This document shows positions 60,673-64,000 of a DNA stretch of 64,000 nucleotides, one piece after another (the stretch's first letter is position 1; each line of letters opens with the position of its first letter). The stretch is from positions 86,627 through 150,626 of the forward strand of contig JAKOXL010000029.1 of assembly GCA_029781045.1 (NCBI GenBank), in the 5' to 3' direction. The position numbers were made by a program, and so were the translations under genes. Origin of the DNA: Bacillota bacterium. GTDB lineage: Bacteria; Bacillota; UBA994; UBA5500. The notes under the pieces are model-generated. The model searched no databases, had not been told where the DNA came from, and saw only the letters and a list, made by a program, of their open reading frames with translations.

Positions 60673-61579
60673 TTAACACCGCTCCTTGTTCGGCTTCCTT
60701 GAGCAATGCTTCTAGATACAATGCCAAGTTTTCTGCTTTGCTCAACACATCATGCCAACCAACCGTATTCGTCCATTCATCCATAAAGAGGAATAGGGGC
60801 ATCTGCTCTCCATCAGCCCAAAATACCTTCTCTATAGCAGGCCGAAGTACCTCTGGTGCTATAATGACCTGCGGGTCAAGCACGGTTAAGTCTTCTGGTT
60901 GCACCACCGTATACTTGTTCAGTACGGCTCCCACATTTACAACACCTACAAGTTGAAGCAGATCATCCTCAAGGGTATTCCTGCCTGCAACAGTAAACTG
61001 CGAATCAGTTAACCAAATCACCCGCTTGCCGACAGCGGCCCGGCTCTTCGTCTGCACGGCGAACTCCGACAGCTCCTTCTCTAGCAAGCGTACAGTTTGC
61101 GCCGCCTGTTGCCTAGCAGTCAGTAAGTCAGCCAACTTTTCAGGCCAGTCCAAAAGGCTACTTAGACGATCTAAGCGCACCATAATAGCCGCATAGCCAT
61201 AGGTGCGTAACTCATGGACCAACACTTCCTGCTCAGCACCGCAGATAATCAAATCAGGCCGGGTGGCTGCCAGCTGCAAAACCGTAATCTCACCCACCGA
61301 TCCTAAATCCTCAGCTGTAGAGAAAAGGTGCTTAAGCTCACTTGATGTGGCAACAATCAGATTTTCCCTTTGCCACTGTTGCATCAAGCGAGCCACCGCC
61401 GACTCCAATACTACGATCCGTTGTGGGACCTGAAAGCATTGGGTGAGATCGTTAGAGTCATCGTTCACTGTTAATACCTGAGGTTCTTTTTGATACCCTA
61501 CAGCAACTACAGCCACCGTTGTTAAAGTGAAAACTAGAGCTAGGCCACTCAGCAAAACTCGCTTCCACATATGCATCAC
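60659..61579 (-). CDS. Periplasmic binding protein (ABC Fe-siderophore / cobalamin-type SBP-like)
   Basis: Signal anchor and a PBP type-2 pattern (RIVVLES..., PDLII). No adjacent permease or ATPase genes. Confidence 0.55.
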   Translation of the reverse strand: MMHMWKRVLLSGLALVFTLTTVAVVAVGYQKEPQVLTVNDDSNDLTQCFQVPQRIVVLESAVARLMQQWQRENLIVATSSELKHLFSTAEDLGSVGEITVLQLAATRPDLIICGAEQEVLVHELRTYGYAAIMVRLDRLSSLLDWPEKLADLLTARQQAAQTVRLLEKELSEFAVQTKSRAAVGKRVIWLTDSQFTVAGRNTLEDDLLQLVGVVNVGAVLNKYTVVQPEDLTVLDPQVIIAPEVLRPAIEKVFWADGEQMPLFLFMDEWTNTVGWHDVLSKAENLALYLEALLKEAEQGAVLSAGN

Positions 61580-61581
61580 TT

Positions 61582-61860
61582 CTAATGACGAGGATTAGCC
61601 TGCACTATCTTCAAGGCATTAAGTACGGCAAACAAAGTATCAACCTTAAACTGTTGATCAAGGGCCGCGGAGCGTACGTATGCTTCCCCCTGATCACATA
61701 CTACATAACGCGACGGGAGCCTGTTTAGAGCTAACGCCATTATGTCTAGCTGGCAACGCTCGCAGGTGCAGACGCCTTCTACTCCGTATTTGTCCTGCTG
61801 CTCCAAAATTTCCGCCAAACTAGACCTTACGACTAGTTCCATAGCATTTCTCATCTGCAT
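61582..61860 (-). CDS. ComFB-family protein
   Basis: CTCERCQLDIMALALNRLPSRY motif. Confidence 0.7.
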   Translation of the reverse strand: MQMRNAMELVVRSSLAEILEQQDKYGVEGVCTCERCQLDIMALALNRLPSRYVVCDQGEAYVRSAALDQQFKVDTLFAVLNALKIVQANPRH

Positions 61861-62599
61861 GGGTAAGCCTCTCTTTCCTCTGTTCTCCTGCTTGCCGTCT
61901 AAGTTCTTGTACTTCAGCCTGTGTCAAGTGGCGCCACTGTCCCACAGGCAAATCCCCTATCTCTATGCCCCCAAAAGCTACTCTCCGCAGGCTCAACACT
62001 GGATGTCCAATGGCCGCACACATTCGCTTCACTTGGCGCTTTCGCCCCTCATGAATAGAAACCGCTAACCAAGTGCCCAACTTGTCTTTTCGCAACAGAG
62101 CAACTTGAGCAGGGGCCGTAGGCCCGTCATCCAACATAATGCCTTTAGCCATTTGGGCCAACTGTTGCCCAGTTGGATGCCCCTGTACTAAGGCATGATA
62201 GGTCTTAACAACCCCAAATCGCGGATGGGTAAGGGCATAAGCAAAATCCCCGTCATTGGTCAAAAGCAATAGGCCTTCCGTGTCCATGTCCAGTCTACCA
62301 ACTGGAAAAACCCGTACTGGCAAGTCGGGTAGTATGTCCAAGATGGTGGTGCGTCCCTGGGGATCTTTGACAGTAGTCACCACACCTTTGGGTTTATTCA
62401 CCATAAGGTAAATCTTTTCCTGCCTAGGAACAACCCTTTTCCCTCTCCAGATAACAACGTCCTGCGTCGGGTCTATTTTACATCCCAGATCAGCCACTCT
62501 ACCATTGACAAGAATCTCCCCCTGGCGTATCAACTCCTCAGCCTGCCGGCGGGAAGCCACTCCAGCCCGGGCCAAATACTTCTGTAAACGCTCTAGCAT
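61820..62599 (-). CDS. rluB: Pseudouridine synthase (RsuA/RluB family)
   Basis: S4 domain (LQKYLARAGVASRR) and catalytic GRLDMDTEGLLLLTNDG. RBS GGGGGGG precedes the ATG at 62599. Confidence 0.85.
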   Translation of the reverse strand: MLERLQKYLARAGVASRRQAEELIRQGEILVNGRVADLGCKIDPTQDVVIWRGKRVVPRQEKIYLMVNKPKGVVTTVKDPQGRTTILDILPDLPVRVFPVGRLDMDTEGLLLLTNDGDFAYALTHPRFGVVKTYHALVQGHPTGQQLAQMAKGIMLDDGPTAPAQVALLRKDKLGTWLAVSIHEGRKRQVKRMCAAIGHPVLSLRRVAFGGIEIGDLPVGQWRHLTQAEVQELRRQAGEQRKERLTHADEKCYGTSRKV

Positions 62600-62669
62600 C
62601 TTACCCCCCCTTCCTGGGCCACATAAAGAAGGCGGGCCGCTGCCCGCCATTTCTCCAACTTTACCTACT

Positions 62670-63125
62670 TTACTCTACTTCAACAATCATTTCAACTTCC
62701 ACTGCCACACCCAGCGGCAAACTGGCCATACCCACGGCAGCGCGGGCATGCTTGCCATTCTCACCGAAGATCTCCTGCATCAGTTCAGATGCACCGTTGA
62801 TCACTTTCGGGTGATCAGTAAACTCGGCAGTTGCAGCCACGTAACCGGTAACTTTTACAATACGTACTACCCGATCTAGACTACCAACTAAGCTTTTTAC
62901 GGCGCCTAGACAGTTAAGGGCGCACAAACGGGCAGCCCGATAACCATCTTCCACAGTTAAGTCCTTACCTAGTATACCCTTGACCAACTCCCCATTTTCA
63001 CTGGGTAATTGCCCGGAGACAAAGACCAGGTTCCCGCTTCGTATCGCAGGTATGTAGGCAGCTGCAGGCTTGGCCGCTGGCGGTATTGTTATACCTAGTT
63101 CCTTGATTCTAGCTTCAACTGACAT
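62670..63125 (-). CDS. RidA/YjgF-family protein
   Basis: YjgF fold pattern, ending in VEVEMIVEVE. Confidence 0.8.
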   Translation of the reverse strand: MSVEARIKELGITIPPAAKPAAAYIPAIRSGNLVFVSGQLPSENGELVKGILGKDLTVEDGYRAARLCALNCLGAVKSLVGSLDRVVRIVKVTGYVAATAEFTDHPKVINGASELMQEIFGENGKHARAAVGMASLPLGVAVEVEMIVEVE

Positions 63126-63191
63126 AAAGGTCCCTCCCTTATACTGATGTCACTGCACTTATTCTGCCCCACTCTCCTGTTTTCCTGCCGC

Positions 63192-63722
63192 TCAGCCTAT
63201 GAGGTATTTGCAAAGCAACAGAGAGGCCAGCATGGCCGCAGCGTCTGCTAGTAGCCCGGCTAGCAAGGAATGGCGGATGTTCTTAATACCAACTGCTCCA
63301 AAGTAGACGGTAAGGATAAACAGAGTAGTGTCGGTGCTTCCCTGCATGGTGGACGCTACTAAGCCGACAAAAGAATCGGGTCCATGACGCTTAAGTATAT
63401 CCGCGGTAACAGCTAGAGCGCCGCTGTTGCTCATGGGACGCAATAGGGCCAAAGGTAAAGTCTCGGCCGGCCAACCTATGCGGCTCAGCAACGGGTTCAT
63501 TAGTCTACTTAAGGCATCCAATGCTCCAGAGGCGCTTAGAACCTCGATAGCTATTAGCATGGAAACCAAATAGGGGAGCAACCTGATGGTCACCTCCAAC
63601 CCTTCTTTGGAGCCCGTAATAAACTCATCGAAGACTGGCACCTTTCTCAGCCAGCCAGTCAGTAGCACAGCTGCCACAAAGAGAGGGATTAGCCAGAAGC
63701 TCAACAACGAGACTAGCTGCAT
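63192..63722 (-). CDS. spmB: Spore maturation protein B
   Basis: MQLVSLLSFWLIPLF... nucleoside-recognition-type membrane protein. RBS GGAGGGGGAG precedes the ATG at 63722. Confidence 0.8.
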   Translation of the reverse strand: MQLVSLLSFWLIPLFVAAVLLTGWLRKVPVFDEFITGSKEGLEVTIRLLPYLVSMLIAIEVLSASGALDALSRLMNPLLSRIGWPAETLPLALLRPMSNSGALAVTADILKRHGPDSFVGLVASTMQGSTDTTLFILTVYFGAVGIKNIRHSLLAGLLADAAAMLASLLLCKYLIG

Positions 63723-64000
63723 CGACTCCCCCTCCTGCCTTTCCATCTTAGACTTCGGAAGAGGAAATCGACGATAAGGCCCACCATCGTTGCTACCATT
63801 CCGGCCAAGAAGGTCACGCCCACTGTAGCAGTCGGGTCCTGGGAGCCGTAAGCGGCTCGAAGAGCGATCACCGATGTAGGAATGATGGTCAAACCAGCTG
63901 TGTTGAGCACGAGTAGCGTACACATACCGTCGGTAGCCGTCTCCCTTTCACGATTGGCTTGTTGCATGGCATGCATGGCTTTCAAGCCAAATGGTGTGGC
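63713..64000 (-). CDS. spmA: Spore maturation protein A, C-terminal part (runs off the window)
   Basis: NTAGLTIIPTSVIALRAAYGS motif. The frame is open to the window end. Confidence 0.75.
   Translation of the reverse strand, partial: ATPFGLKAMHAMQQANRERETATDGMCTLLVLNTAGLTIIPTSVIALRAAYGSQDPTATVGVTFLAGMVATMVGLIVDFLFRSLRWKGRRGSRCS

Noticed and set aside
63192-63923. Long N-terminal extensions of several track ORFs (spmB to 63923, surE to 33298, plsY to 27024, M42 to 31911, resolvase from 4890, maturase to 20235, DUF523 to 13522)
   Set aside because: The extensions overlap upstream genes or promoters and lack an RBS. Internal starts with good SD sequences reproduce the family-typical N-termini.

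Overview
Mostly core chromosome of an endospore-forming Firmicute, probably Clostridia of the Peptococcaceae/Desulfotomaculum type. This placement is an inference from sigH, spoIVA, spoIIP, spmA/spmB, CotF-like and SASP-like genes and an IspH-S1 fusion. About 70 protein genes can be supported, listed here in map order. (1) hflX-ynbB. (2) An SOS module: lexA, divergent from a LysM yneA-like gene with a clear LexA box, plus a yneB-like resolvase. (3) An OmpR/HisKA two-component pair. (4) Many peptidases: M28, M20, D-aminoacylase, S41 and three tandem M42 genes. (5) MFS/DUF523, an AlkZ-like glycosylase, DegV, coaX, mgtE, plsY, surE and mtnA. (6) A GH2 hydrolase, a ku-ligD NHEJ operon, cheR and speH. 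(7) A dCache/GGDEF(degenerate)/EAL protein. (8) The spoIVA-gpsA-der-DUF512 block. (9) spoIIP, ispH-S1, plsC, cmk, aroH, comFB, rluB, ridA and spmBA. RNA genes are tRNA-Trp, a 7-tRNA operon (Pro-Glu-Thr-Tyr-Gln-Lys-Leu) and tRNA-Pro(GGG). I saw no rRNA, CRISPR array or intact mobile element. Five observations deserve a second look. (a) A 48-aa six-cysteine SCIFF precursor peptide, missing from the ORF track, lies just upstream of its radical SAM/SPASM maturase. This is a known family whose biological role is still unknown. (b) A ~1.15 kb stretch without credible ORFs lies between convergent genes next to that locus. (c) A ~155-nt unit with its own promoter and terminator, and crossing-stem potential, sits upstream of speH and is a candidate sRNA. 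(d) A DUF3189 gene lies in frame with its upstream paralog across a single TAG and has only a CTG as a plausible start. (e) Two perfect Spo0A boxes lie upstream of sigH. I cannot show that any of these is truly undescribed, because that needs database searches I cannot run.
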